Origin: Thermoplasmata archaeon
Lineage (GTDB): Archaea > Thermoplasmatota > SW-10-69-26 > JACQPN01 > JAJPHT01
Direction of reading: 5' to 3'
NCBI GenBank assembly: GCA_034667685.1
Contig: JAXDQU010000106.1
Span: 32,001 to 96,000, forward strand
Length of the DNA: 64,000 nt
In this document: positions 8,079-17,006 of the stretch, in pieces
Position numbering within the stretch: position 1 is the stretch's first letter
Layout of the letters: every line of letters begins with the position of its first letter
Made by a program: the position numbers and the translations under genes
The notes under the pieces: model-generated
What the model saw: only the letters and a program-made list of their open reading frames with translations
Told to the model about the DNA's origin: nothing
Databases searched by the model: none

Positions 8079-9674
8079 GTGCAGCCGTTCCTCCTCGGGG
8101 AGCAGCCCCTCCGCGTGCCGGACGTCGTGGACGTCGCGCGCCGCCAGCGCCGGGTCGCCCTCGCGCCCGCCGCCCGCGCCCGCATCGAGGCCTCCCGCGC
8201 GCGCGTCGTGCGCATGCTCGGCCACGACGCCGACATGCACTACGGCGTCACCAGCGACGCGCGCCTCCCGATCTCGCGCATGCAGGTCGAACGCTACGAC
8301 GCCAAGAGCGGCGTCGCGTACGGCGTCACGACCGGCTTCGGCGAGCTCGCCCGCGTCCGCATCCCCGCCGAGGACCTCGAAGCGCTCCAGCGCAACCTCC
8401 TCCTCTCGCACGCCTGCGGCGTGGGCGACCCCCTCCCCGACGAGGTCGTCCGCGCCCTCCTCCTCCTGCGCGCCGCGAGCCTCGCCGTGGGCTTGTCGGG
8501 CGTGCGCGTCGAGACCGTCGAGGCGATCCTCGCCCTGCTGAACCATGATATCACGCCCGTCGTCCCCTCGCGCGGAAGCCTGGGCGCCTCGGGCGACCTC
8601 GTGCCCCTCGCGCACGCCTCGCTGGTCCTCATCGGCGAAGGCGAAGCGCGCCACCAGGGCAAGCTCATCTCCGGCCGCGAGGCGATGGCGGCCGCGGGCC
8701 TCGCGCCGCTCGTCCTCCAACCCAAGGAAGGCCTCGCGCTGATCAACGGCACGCAGATGATGAGCGCCCTGCTCGCGCTCGCGGTCCACGACGGCTGGGC
8801 GCTCGTCCGCACCGCCGAGGTCGCGGCCGCCATGAGCATCGAGGCGCTCCTGGGCAGCGTCGCCCCCTTCGACGCGCGCCTCCAGGCCGCGCGCCCGCAC
8901 CCCGGCCAGGCCGAGACGGCGGCGCACCTGCGCGCGCTCCTGGAAGGCTCGGGGATCGTGGCGTCGCACGCCGACTGCGACCGCGTCCAGGACGCCTACT
9001 CGCTGCGCTGCACGCCGCAGGTCCTCGGCCCCGTCCGCGACGCCCTCCGCCACGCCCAGGAGCGCCTGGAGGTCGAGCTCTCCAGCGTCACCGACAACCC
9101 CCTGATCCTGGAGGACGGCGCGCACAGCGGGGGCAACTTCCACGGCGAGAACCTGGGCCTCCTCTGCGCGTACCTGGCGCCCGCGCTCGCCGAGGTCGCC
9201 GCGCTGGCCGAGCGCCGCGTCGCGCGCCTCGTCGACCCGCGCCTCTCCGAGGGATTGCCCGCCTTCCTCGTGGAGAAGAGCGGCCTCAACAGCGGACTCA
9301 TGATCCCGCAGTACGTCGCCGCGGCGCTCGTGCTGGAGAACCAGGTCCTCGCGCACCCCGCCGTCGTGGGCAGCCTTCCCACGAGCGCGAACCAGGAGGA
9401 CCTCGTGAGCAACGGCGCCGTGGGCGCGCTGCTCCTGCGCCAGATCCTGGAGAACGCGCAGCGCGTCGTGGGCATCGAGCTCCTCTGCGCCGCGCAGGCG
9501 CTCGACCTGCGCAAGCCGCTGGAGCCGGGCGTCGGCACGCGCAAGGCGCTCGCGCGCGTGCGGCAGGAAATCGCGTTCCTCCACCACGACCGGGTGCTAT
9601 CAGGCGACCTCGCGAAGGCGCACGCCCTGGTCCGCGCCGGCGCCATCCTCGCGGCGACCGGAGGCGCGCCGTAG
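8079..9674 (+). CDS. hutH: Histidine ammonia-lyase
   Basis: YGVTTGFG, LLSHACG (His-type), GASGDL MIO motif, PKEGLALINGT, QDAYSLRC, GGNFHG, SANQED. Confidence 0.93.
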   Translation: MQPFLLGEQPLRVPDVVDVARRQRRVALAPAARARIEASRARVVRMLGHDADMHYGVTSDARLPISRMQVERYDAKSGVAYGVTTGFGELARVRIPAEDLEALQRNLLLSHACGVGDPLPDEVVRALLLLRAASLAVGLSGVRVETVEAILALLNHDITPVVPSRGSLGASGDLVPLAHASLVLIGEGEARHQGKLISGREAMAAAGLAPLVLQPKEGLALINGTQMMSALLALAVHDGWALVRTAEVAAAMSIEALLGSVAPFDARLQAARPHPGQAETAAHLRALLEGSGIVASHADCDRVQDAYSLRCTPQVLGPVRDALRHAQERLEVELSSVTDNPLILEDGAHSGGNFHGENLGLLCAYLAPALAEVAALAERRVARLVDPRLSEGLPAFLVEKSGLNSGLMIPQYVAAALVLENQVLAHPAVVGSLPTSANQEDLVSNGAVGALLLRQILENAQRVVGIELLCAAQALDLRKPLEPGVGTRKALARVRQEIAFLHHDRVLSGDLAKAHALVRAGAILAATGGAP

Positions 9675-10195
9675 TGCCCCCCGAGCTGCGCGGCGAGCGC
9701 GTCGTCCTGCGCGCGCCCACGGAGCGGGACGTCCCCTTCCTCCTGGCGTTCGCCAACGACCCCGACCTGCGCGGGTGGCTGCGCTTCACGATGCCCACGA
9801 CCGAGGAGCTGGAGCTGCGCTGGCTCGCCAGCCTCGACGACGCGCACGACCGCGTCTGGCTCATGCTCGACGGGACGCGCGCCGTGGGCTGCGTCGGCCT
9901 GCACGGCTGGGACCCGGTCGCGCGCCACGCCGAGCTGGGCCTGGGGATCCTGCTCCCCGCGGATCGAGGGCGCGGCCTGGGCCACGAGGCGTGCGCGCTC
10001 GCCCTGCGCCACGCCTTCGACGAGATGGGGCTCCAGCGCGTCTGGCTCCACGTGATCGAGGACAACCCGGCGCGCAAGCTCTACGAGCGCCTCGGCTTCC
10101 GCGAGGAGGGGCGCCTGCGCCGGCACGTCTACAAGCGCGGCGCGTGGCGCGACAGCATCGCGATGGGCCTGCTGCGCGAGGAGCGGCGCGGATGA
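9674..10195 (+). CDS. GNAT acetyltransferase, RimJ/RimL type
   Basis: GERVVLR, AELGLGI, RGRGLG, NPARKLYERLGFREEG. Confidence 0.9.
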   Translation: MPPELRGERVVLRAPTERDVPFLLAFANDPDLRGWLRFTMPTTEELELRWLASLDDAHDRVWLMLDGTRAVGCVGLHGWDPVARHAELGLGILLPADRGRGLGHEACALALRHAFDEMGLQRVWLHVIEDNPARKLYERLGFREEGRLRRHVYKRGAWRDSIAMGLLREERRG

Positions 10196-10644
10196 GCGTC
10201 TTCCTGCGCGGGCCGCGCGTCGACGTGCTCGCGAGCGACGCCGCCGACCCCGCCTTCGCCGCGGCGCGCGAGCCGTGGCTCCTTCCCGCCGGCGCGCCCG
10301 CGGTCGACGTGGACATGGACGGCGAGGTGAGCCTCGTCTGGGCGCCCGCGCGCGGCGGGAAGACGGGCGGCAGCCTCGCGCTGGCCGACGTCGACTGGAT
10401 CGCGCGCCGCGCCCTGCTCGTCGCGTACCTGGCCCCCGGCGCGCCGCGCGACCTGGCCCGCGAGGCGCTCGCGCTGGTGGTCCGCTACGCGCAGGACGAG
10501 CTCGCGCTCGAACGGCTCGACGCGCAGGTCCGCGCCGGGGACGCGGGGACGCTGGCGGCGCTCGCCGCGCTCGGCTTCGTCAAGGAAGCCGAACGGGTCG
10601 ACGTGGTCATTTGCTCGCGCCGCGTGCCCGTCCACCCGCGTTGA
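10192..10644 (+). CDS. Degenerate GNAT-like protein
   Basis: MSVFLRGPRV...VDWIARRA...ALALVVRYAQDELALERL...LGFVKE; ATGA overlap. Confidence 0.65.
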   Translation: MSVFLRGPRVDVLASDAADPAFAAAREPWLLPAGAPAVDVDMDGEVSLVWAPARGGKTGGSLALADVDWIARRALLVAYLAPGAPRDLAREALALVVRYAQDELALERLDAQVRAGDAGTLAALAALGFVKEAERVDVVICSRRVPVHPR

Positions 10645-10714
10645 CGGCGCGCGTCGAGAAGCCGCACCGAAGGGTTATGCGCCCCCGGTGGATTGCGCCT
10701 TGCGAGGCTGTGTC

Positions 10715-10873
10715 ATGGGCATCCGGAGCGAGACGGCGGCGTTCGCCGCGGGCGGCCTGGCGCTGATCGGCGCGTGCGTGCTCCCCTTCACCGCGGCGTG
10801 CCTCGCCGCCTGCGGCATCGCGCTCTCCGTGGGCGAGGTCCTCGTCGCGCGGCGCGCCCTCGTGGGCGCCTGA
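10715..10873 (+). CDS. Small hydrophobic membrane protein
   Basis: 52 aa with two hydrophobic stretches. Confidence 0.4.
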   Translation: MGIRSETAAFAAGGLALIGACVLPFTAACLAACGIALSVGEVLVARRALVGA

Positions 10874-10956
10874 GCCGGACCGCGGCAACCGTTCGGGTGC
10901 AGCGCGCGAACTTGCATCTTCGCAGGTTTGGGTCGCGGCAGCGAGGCACAACCCCC

Positions 10957-11973
10957 ATGCGCCGCTTCCTTGCCCTCAGCTTGCCTGCCATCCTGCTTCT
11001 CTCGGGCGTCACGCTCGTCGCGTCGAACGCCGCCGCGTCGGACCAGCTCTGGGACTGCCAGAGCCTCCTCAACGATGACGGCACCTGCGCGGGCTCCGTC
11101 TGCGCGGGCAACGGCGGCTGGGGCGAGTGCGCGCCGCAGACGACCGAGAAGGTCTGCACGCAGGGCCACGCGCCCTGCCAGGGGCTCGACGTCCTGTGCG
11201 TCTACGGCCCCAAGGTCAACGAGTGCCTGATGGGCTGCGCGTGCTACATCGGGGGCGCCGCCACCACGCCCCAGCCGTGCGTCGACTGCCCCACGTACCC
11301 CATCGTGTGCGTCTCCGGCGTCACGGCCGGCACGTGCGGCGACGGCGACGACGTGTGCGTCTCGATCGGCACGCTGCCGCGCCACTGCGAGGACCTGCCC
11401 GGCACGACGTGCAACGTGCCGTGCCAGCAGCACGTGGAGTGCGTCGTGTTCGTGGGCTCCGGCGCCGCGGCCGCGACGTGCTTCGTCGATGGCCGCGAGG
11501 TCGGCCCCGTGCAGACGTGCGACACGTGCGCCGTCCTCTTCGGCGTCACCTGCCAGGTCGGCACGGACGCGAACGCCTGCGACGGCGTGAGCCCGCCGCC
11601 CTGCGCGTGCATCCCGGCGAGCCAGCCCCAGCCGATCCCCGTCGCCCTCTGCGTGCGCAGCGTCAACGCGGCGCACTGCACCTGGGCCGGCCAGGACCAC
11701 CCCGCGTGCGTCACGATCAGCCAGCAGGTCCCGCAGTGCCTGCCCGACCCCGGCGTGGTCTTCACCTGTGGCGACCTCGCGCCCGCCTGCTCCGACCCGA
11801 CGAACCCGTGCGCGTGGGGCTGGATCGAGTGCGGGCCCAGCGGCCTGCCCCCGGTGCGCGCCGCGTCCCCGGTGGAGTGCATGGAGTACTACTGGTCGCA
11901 GGACTTCGGCCCCGTGAGCGTCACGATGCGCGACTCGTGTCACGTCTCGGTCGAGCAGCACGTGCTGGCCTAG
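10957..11973 (+). CDS. Secreted cysteine-rich protein
   Basis: Signal peptide MRRFLALSLPAILLLSGVTLVASNAAA; about 36 Cys in 338 aa. Confidence 0.8.
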   Translation: MRRFLALSLPAILLLSGVTLVASNAAASDQLWDCQSLLNDDGTCAGSVCAGNGGWGECAPQTTEKVCTQGHAPCQGLDVLCVYGPKVNECLMGCACYIGGAATTPQPCVDCPTYPIVCVSGVTAGTCGDGDDVCVSIGTLPRHCEDLPGTTCNVPCQQHVECVVFVGSGAAAATCFVDGREVGPVQTCDTCAVLFGVTCQVGTDANACDGVSPPPCACIPASQPQPIPVALCVRSVNAAHCTWAGQDHPACVTISQQVPQCLPDPGVVFTCGDLAPACSDPTNPCAWGWIECGPSGLPPVRAASPVECMEYYWSQDFGPVSVTMRDSCHVSVEQHVLA

Positions 11974-11996
11974 AGCGCGACCAGGCGGGAGCCATC

Positions 11997-12821
11997 CTAT
12001 CGGACCGCGACCGGCTGGCCGTCCTTCTCCCGCGGTGGCGCGCGCTGCGGGCGAACGACCTCCAGGTGAGCGCCCGGCGCGATCCCGACCTCGGAGAGGA
12101 GGCGCGTGTCGCGCTCCATGCCGTGCTCCTCGGCCCATCGTGTGCCCATCTCCGGCAGCGGGGCTCCGTTCGCGCGCAAGGCCCAGCGCCGGCCGTAGGT
12201 GAACGGCGGCAGCCGCGCGTGCGCCTTGCTCAGGCGCGCCCACAGGTCGTCCAGGAAGTCGGCGCACGTGGTCTCCTTGCTCCACGGCACGAGCCAGCCG
12301 CCCGCCTCCGGCCCCAGGAGCGGCGTGGCGTCCACCGCGAGGAAAGCGGTTTCGCGCACGTTCGCCGTGACCTGCTCGATGGCGTGCCGCATGACGGCGG
12401 AAGCGGCCGAGGCGTTGCCCGGTCCCGCGAGCGCTTCGAGCGTGTCGCTGGACGTGAGCGTCAACTCCAGGGAGCGGCGCATCTCGTCGAGGATCTCTCC
12501 TCCGTCGGCGGGCGAGCGCGCCATGGCTTGGGCGTAGGCGTTCACGTCGGTGTCCTTGAAATCGGCCGGCGTGTAGAACACCTTGTTGTTCTTCCAGAGG
12601 ATGAGGAAGAAGCACGCCGCCACGCCGGTCGCAAAGAACATCGCGAAGAGGAGCGAGGCCCATTGGACGGCGCCCGTGGTCGTCGTCAGCGCGTAGGCGA
12701 ACACGCCCTCCACCAGCGCGACGAACAGGCCGATGACCCAGAGCGGGCTGAGCTGATGGCTCGCAGAAGGAAATCCCGGCACGGCGCTCGCCGCCACGCC
12801 AGCAGGGCCGCGCCATTTCAA
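11997..12821 (-). CDS. Two-TM membrane protein with possible C-terminal beta-grasp (ubiquitin/YukD-like) domain
   Basis: SPLWVIGLFVALVE...FFLILW...YTPADF; C-terminus DTRLLSEVGIAPGAHLEVVR; start uncertain. Confidence 0.6.
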   Translation of the reverse strand: MKWRGPAGVAASAVPGFPSASHQLSPLWVIGLFVALVEGVFAYALTTTTGAVQWASLLFAMFFATGVAACFFLILWKNNKVFYTPADFKDTDVNAYAQAMARSPADGGEILDEMRRSLELTLTSSDTLEALAGPGNASAASAVMRHAIEQVTANVRETAFLAVDATPLLGPEAGGWLVPWSKETTCADFLDDLWARLSKAHARLPPFTYGRRWALRANGAPLPEMGTRWAEEHGMERDTRLLSEVGIAPGAHLEVVRPQRAPPREKDGQPVAVR

Positions 12822-12837
12822 GGCGGCAGGTGGACTG

Positions 12838-14010
12838 TTATCCGATCACGAGCGTCTCCTTCTCCGGCTGCCAGCCGGGCCCGAAGCGGTCGAGCCGGTA
12901 GGGCTTCGGGTCGACGGGCGGCTGGCGCCCCAGGATCAGGTCGGCGACGATGCGCGTCGTCATGGGGCTCACCATGAAGCCGTGGCCGGAGGCGCCGTTG
13001 AGCTGGAGCAGGTTGTCGACGCCGGGCGTCGGGCCGAGGATCGGCTTGTTGTCCGGCGTGACGTCGTACGCGCCGGCCCACTGGCGCATCACCTTGACCT
13101 CGCCCAGCGTGGGCAGGACGTCGAGGAGGGCGCGCGCGACGCGCTTGGTGAAGTCGAAGCTGCTCGCGAAGTTGACGCCGGGCTTCTCGCCGGGCGTGCC
13201 GATGCCGCAGACCAATTCGCCCCGCATGTCCTGGCTCGCGTAGAGGCCGTTGCGCAGGTCGACGACCATCGGGTCGAGGAACGGCTTCAACGCCTCGGTG
13301 ACGAGGATCTCGTGGCGCACCGGCGTGTTGGGAAGCTCCACGCCCGCGAGCGCGGCCACCTCGCGGCTCCAGCACCCCGCGGCGTTGACCACCGTCTCGC
13401 ACGCCACCCGTCCGCGCGTGGTCTCGACCGCCACGATGCGGCCCCCCGAGGTCTCGAAGCCGGTGGCGCCCGTGAAGGTGCGCACGTCGACGCCCAGCTC
13501 GACGCAGCGCTTGGCGAGCCCCTGCACGACGGCCCACGGGAAGATGATGCCGTCGCCCGGATGATAGCTCGCGGCGACGAGGCCCTCCAGGTTCAGCTCG
13601 GGCACCAGGACGTGCGCCTCGGTGGGCTCGACGTAGCGGCTGGGCACGCCGTTGGCGTTGTGGAACTTGACGACGTCGCGCAGCGCGCGCGCCTTCTCCT
13701 CGTCGTGCGCGAGGAAGAGGTAGCCGCCCTGCCGGAACCAGACGTTGAAGCCCAATTCCTGGCTCATGCTGCGGAACATCGGGATGCTCTCGCGCGCCAG
13801 GACGAGGTTGTCGCCCGTGCCCCACTGCGCGCGCACGCCGCCGCCGTTCCGGCCGCTGGCGCCGTGCAGGAGATAGCTTTTCTCCAGGACGAGGACGTCG
13901 GTGACGCCGGCCAACGCGAGGTGGCGCGCGAGCCCCAGGCCGTTGACGCCGCCCCCGACGATCACGACCTGATATCGTTCCCGCAGCGGGCCCTCGGTGG
14001 TGAACCTCAC
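12838..14010 (-). CDS. FAD-dependent amino acid oxidoreductase (sarcosine oxidase beta / dye-linked proline dehydrogenase type)
   Basis: VIVGGGVNG, GASGRNGGGVRAQW, RQWAGAYDVTPD, GHGFMVSP. Confidence 0.9.
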   Translation of the reverse strand: MRFTTEGPLRERYQVVIVGGGVNGLGLARHLALAGVTDVLVLEKSYLLHGASGRNGGGVRAQWGTGDNLVLARESIPMFRSMSQELGFNVWFRQGGYLFLAHDEEKARALRDVVKFHNANGVPSRYVEPTEAHVLVPELNLEGLVAASYHPGDGIIFPWAVVQGLAKRCVELGVDVRTFTGATGFETSGGRIVAVETTRGRVACETVVNAAGCWSREVAALAGVELPNTPVRHEILVTEALKPFLDPMVVDLRNGLYASQDMRGELVCGIGTPGEKPGVNFASSFDFTKRVARALLDVLPTLGEVKVMRQWAGAYDVTPDNKPILGPTPGVDNLLQLNGASGHGFMVSPMTTRIVADLILGRQPPVDPKPYRLDRFGPGWQPEKETLVIG

Positions 14011-14276
14011 TCCGCTTCCCCCGCGAGGTAGCGCAGCGGGATGGGCTGGACGGGCGCGCGGAAGGTGATCGCGCCCAGCGCCCCGGCGGGCTGGCCCGTC
14101 TCCTCGGCGAGCATCTGGCGCGCGAGCGTCAGGCACGTCTTCCCCTGGCAGGGGCCGGTGGCGAAGCCCGTGAGGCGCTTGAGGCTCTCCAGGTCCGTGC
14201 AGCCCGCGGCGATGGCCTCGCGAAGCTCGACGTCGTTGACGTCCTCGCACGCGCATACGATGCACTTGGGGGTCAA
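14007..14276 (-). CDS. BFD-like (2Fe-2S)-binding subunit
   Basis: VCACEDV...LKRLTGFATGPCQGKTC; TTG start overlapping upstream TGA. Confidence 0.85.
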   Translation of the reverse strand: MTPKCIVCACEDVNDVELREAIAAGCTDLESLKRLTGFATGPCQGKTCLTLARQMLAEETGQPAGALGAITFRAPVQPIPLRYLAGEAE

Positions 14277-15559
14277 GCGCGTGCCTCCTTCGCGGCGGCG
14301 CGCCCGGCCGCTTCGCCCTGGCGCAGGCGCTCGGCGAGGGGCGCGTCGCCCAGCACGCTGCCGCACGCGAAGACGCGCGGCGCCGGCGCGGGGCTTGCGG
14401 GCGCGAGGGCCCATCCCTTCGGCGTCAGCGCGCCGCCCGCCTGCTGCACCAATTCGACGCGCGGCGTGGCGTTGCCCGCGGCGAGCACGCAGTCGGCCTC
14501 CATGCGCTCGCCGCTTGATAGCACGACGGCCTTGACGTGGTCGGAGCCTTCGATGGCCGAGACGTCGGCGATCCGGGCCTCGGCGCCCGCCTTGCGCAGG
14601 TCGTCCGCGGCCTGCTGGCCCCAGCCCTCCGCCGAGGTGACGACGACGCGGCGCCCGGCGAGGACGCCGTGGCGGTGGAGGAGGATCAACGCGGCGCGCG
14701 CGCCCATCACACCAGGAAGGTCGTTGCCCGGGAGGAGCGGGGGGGTCTCGTGGGCGCCGGCGGCGACGACCACCGCGCGGGGGCGGCATTCGAGGATGCG
14801 TTCGGCGGTGAGGATCGCGGCGAGGCCCGGCGCGGGAAGGGCGTCTCCGTGGCCGTCCGTGGGGTAGAGGCCGAAGACGACGCTGCGCGTCAGGACGGGG
14901 CCCGCGATATCATTCAAGAGAGCGTCGGCCTGCGCGCGCTCGCCCAGGAGGAGCGAGCCCCCCGCGCGGTCGCCTTCGTCCACGAGGGCCACTCGGGCGC
15001 CTTCGCGGGTGGCGGCGCGCGCGGCGGCCAGGCCGCTGGGTCCCGCGCCCACGACGAGGACGTCGGCGTCGAGCTGGCCGATGGCGGGGCGGCGCGGGCC
15101 CATCGGCCGAAGGTCGGGCAGTTTGCCAAAGCCGGCCATGCGGCGCACGATCGCGTGGTGGATCGGGCGCAGCCACGGCGCGCGCGCGAACTGGCCGTGC
15201 ACGTCGAGCACGCGCGGGTAGGCGCGGTCGATCACCCCGAAGAAATCGCGCCGCGCGCTGGGGAACGCGTTCTGCGTCTCGACGACCATGCCATCATGGG
15301 CGGGCGTGACGCAGGCGCGCACGTTGGGCACGCCGTCCACGCGCATCAGGCAGCCCGCGCACTTGCCCGTGCAGCAGAAGAGCCCGCGCGGCCGGTGGTA
15401 CTTGATCGAGCGCATCAGGGTGCGCTCGCCGTGCGCGTGCAGCGCTGCGCCGACCGTCTCGCCCTCGAACGCCCGGATGGCGCGCCCGTCGAGGCGCAGC
15501 GTGATGGGCTTCCCGCGGAACGCCGAAGGGCCGGGCTCGACGCGGAGGTCGTGGGCCAT
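14273..15559 (-). CDS. 2Fe-2S plus FAD/NAD oxidoreductase, alpha-subunit type
   Basis: RSIKYHRPRGLFCCTGKCAGCLM...NVRAC; DVLVVGAGPSGLAAA; PGNDLPGVM. Confidence 0.9.
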   Translation of the reverse strand: MAHDLRVEPGPSAFRGKPITLRLDGRAIRAFEGETVGAALHAHGERTLMRSIKYHRPRGLFCCTGKCAGCLMRVDGVPNVRACVTPAHDGMVVETQNAFPSARRDFFGVIDRAYPRVLDVHGQFARAPWLRPIHHAIVRRMAGFGKLPDLRPMGPRRPAIGQLDADVLVVGAGPSGLAAARAATREGARVALVDEGDRAGGSLLLGERAQADALLNDIAGPVLTRSVVFGLYPTDGHGDALPAPGLAAILTAERILECRPRAVVVAAGAHETPPLLPGNDLPGVMGARAALILLHRHGVLAGRRVVVTSAEGWGQQAADDLRKAGAEARIADVSAIEGSDHVKAVVLSSGERMEADCVLAAGNATPRVELVQQAGGALTPKGWALAPASPAPAPRVFACGSVLGDAPLAERLRQGEAAGRAAAKEARA

Positions 15560-15579
15560 CTTGGGCGCCGCAGCCGGAG

Positions 15580-15601
15580 GGGGCTACTTGGGGGTTGCGG
15601 G
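15580..15601. repeat. 22-bp direct repeat, left copy
   Basis: GGGGCTACTTGGGGGTTGCGGG identical to 22388-22409. Confidence 0.85.
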
Positions 15602-15638
15602 ACGTTTGGCCGGGTGGGGGGATGGCCGTTCCGCTCGT

Positions 15639-16658
15639 TCAGGCATGGTCCGCGGCGCGCGGCGCATCGTACCTGGCCCGCATGCGGCTGCGCCAGACAA
15701 GCCACCCCAACATGGGCAGGCCGATGTCGCCCACCATGTAGAGCGTATAGAGGCCGGGCGTGACCGCGCCCTGGGTCACCAGGCCCGTCGCGACGAACGC
15801 GACCACGATCCCGCCCGCGACGACCGGCAGCGCGACGCACGCGACGATGCCGGCGAGCTTGTCACGCATGGGCACGCCGCGCGCCGCGAGGACGAGCGAT
15901 CCGAAGCCGATCATGGCGACGAGGAGGAGGCGGCCGCGGTCCAAGGCATTGAGCCGCTCGGGCGAGACGCGGCCCGTCCAGAACACGTGGGCCAGCGGCG
16001 CGGCGACGGCGAGGACGGCGCGCTCGAGCAGGACATCGGCGCCGACGCGCAGCGCAATCCATGTGATGGCCAGGAAGAGAGCGATGAAGGCGAGGACGGC
16101 CCCCAGACGCGCGGCGAGGGCGCGCAGGCCCATGTCGTGGGCGCTCTGGAGCGCGCCGAGGGAGAGCCAGAGGACGAACCCCGCCGCGCCGATGAGGATC
16201 ACGCCCGCCTGCCAGAGGACCACGTGCGCGTAATCGAACCACGCCGGCGCGTTCACGCCGACCCATCCCAGGGTGACCAGGCGCGCGACGTTCACCACGA
16301 GCACGAACGGGAGCGCGGCGAGGGTGCCGATGGCGCGCCAGCGGACCGGGGCGGGGTGAGCGACGATGGCCGCGACAAGCATGATGGCGACGGAGTAGGC
16401 GGTGCAGCCCAGGCTGATGAAGAAAGAGAAGGAGCCCGCGAACGTCACCTGGGGCCCGACGCTGCGCGCGGGCAAGCCCACCAGGCTCGCGCTCCAGGCG
16501 ACCAGCGCCGCCGTGCCGTCCTGGAACGGCGGGCCCTCGTCCGGGAAGAGGAGGTACACGACGAGCCCGACGATGCTGAAAGCGAGAAGATATCGTCCGG
16601 CCACGCGCGCCTGCTCGCCCTTCGCGGCGCGGCGCAGCGACGCGTGCAGCCTCGACAC
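15639..16658 (-). CDS. Exosortase/archaeosortase family protein, exosortase H-like, with C-terminal membrane extension
   Basis: Catalytic pattern ISLGCTA (Cys), VVNVARL (Arg), FDYAHVVLWQ (His); multiple TM helices; start uncertain (GTG 16658 chosen). Confidence 0.85.
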   Translation of the reverse strand: MSRLHASLRRAAKGEQARVAGRYLLAFSIVGLVVYLLFPDEGPPFQDGTAALVAWSASLVGLPARSVGPQVTFAGSFSFFISLGCTAYSVAIMLVAAIVAHPAPVRWRAIGTLAALPFVLVVNVARLVTLGWVGVNAPAWFDYAHVVLWQAGVILIGAAGFVLWLSLGALQSAHDMGLRALAARLGAVLAFIALFLAITWIALRVGADVLLERAVLAVAAPLAHVFWTGRVSPERLNALDRGRLLLVAMIGFGSLVLAARGVPMRDKLAGIVACVALPVVAGGIVVAFVATGLVTQGAVTPGLYTLYMVGDIGLPMLGWLVWRSRMRARYDAPRAADHA

Positions 16659-17006
16659 GCTGGGGAGCCCAAGGTAATCGAGCCAGCGCACCTCATTGGG
16701 TCGTCGTCGTCTCGTGCAGACACCCCTGCGCGACATGGGGTCACGCGGCCGCGCGTCCTTGGAGCTTGTGGAGCATTGCTTTCTTTCATCGAGAGGAACA
16801 GACAACCCCCCACGTGCTTTTGGAAACAATTCGTTATGTTAAGCTTCCTCGGTGAGCAGGTATCTAGCCTGCTCCCACGAGGCTGCATGGCACGATATAC
16901 TTCCGCAAGTCACAACGATGGTCTAGTCTGTTACTTGCATGATGATATCCTTCGTGCCCCGGGCGACAGCTCGCCCGAGTGTGGAGGAATCCAATTGGCC
17001 AAAGAC

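Noticed and set aside
12838-15559. Hydrogen cyanide synthase or opine oxidase assignment
   Set aside because: Same superfamily, but the substrate cannot be resolved from motifs; archaeal proline dehydrogenase/sarcosine oxidase-like is the default
15288-17006. N-terminal extension of the 1164-aa ORF
   Set aside because: Overlaps the oxidoreductase and exosortase genes on the opposite strand; the signal peptide starts at ATG 17007
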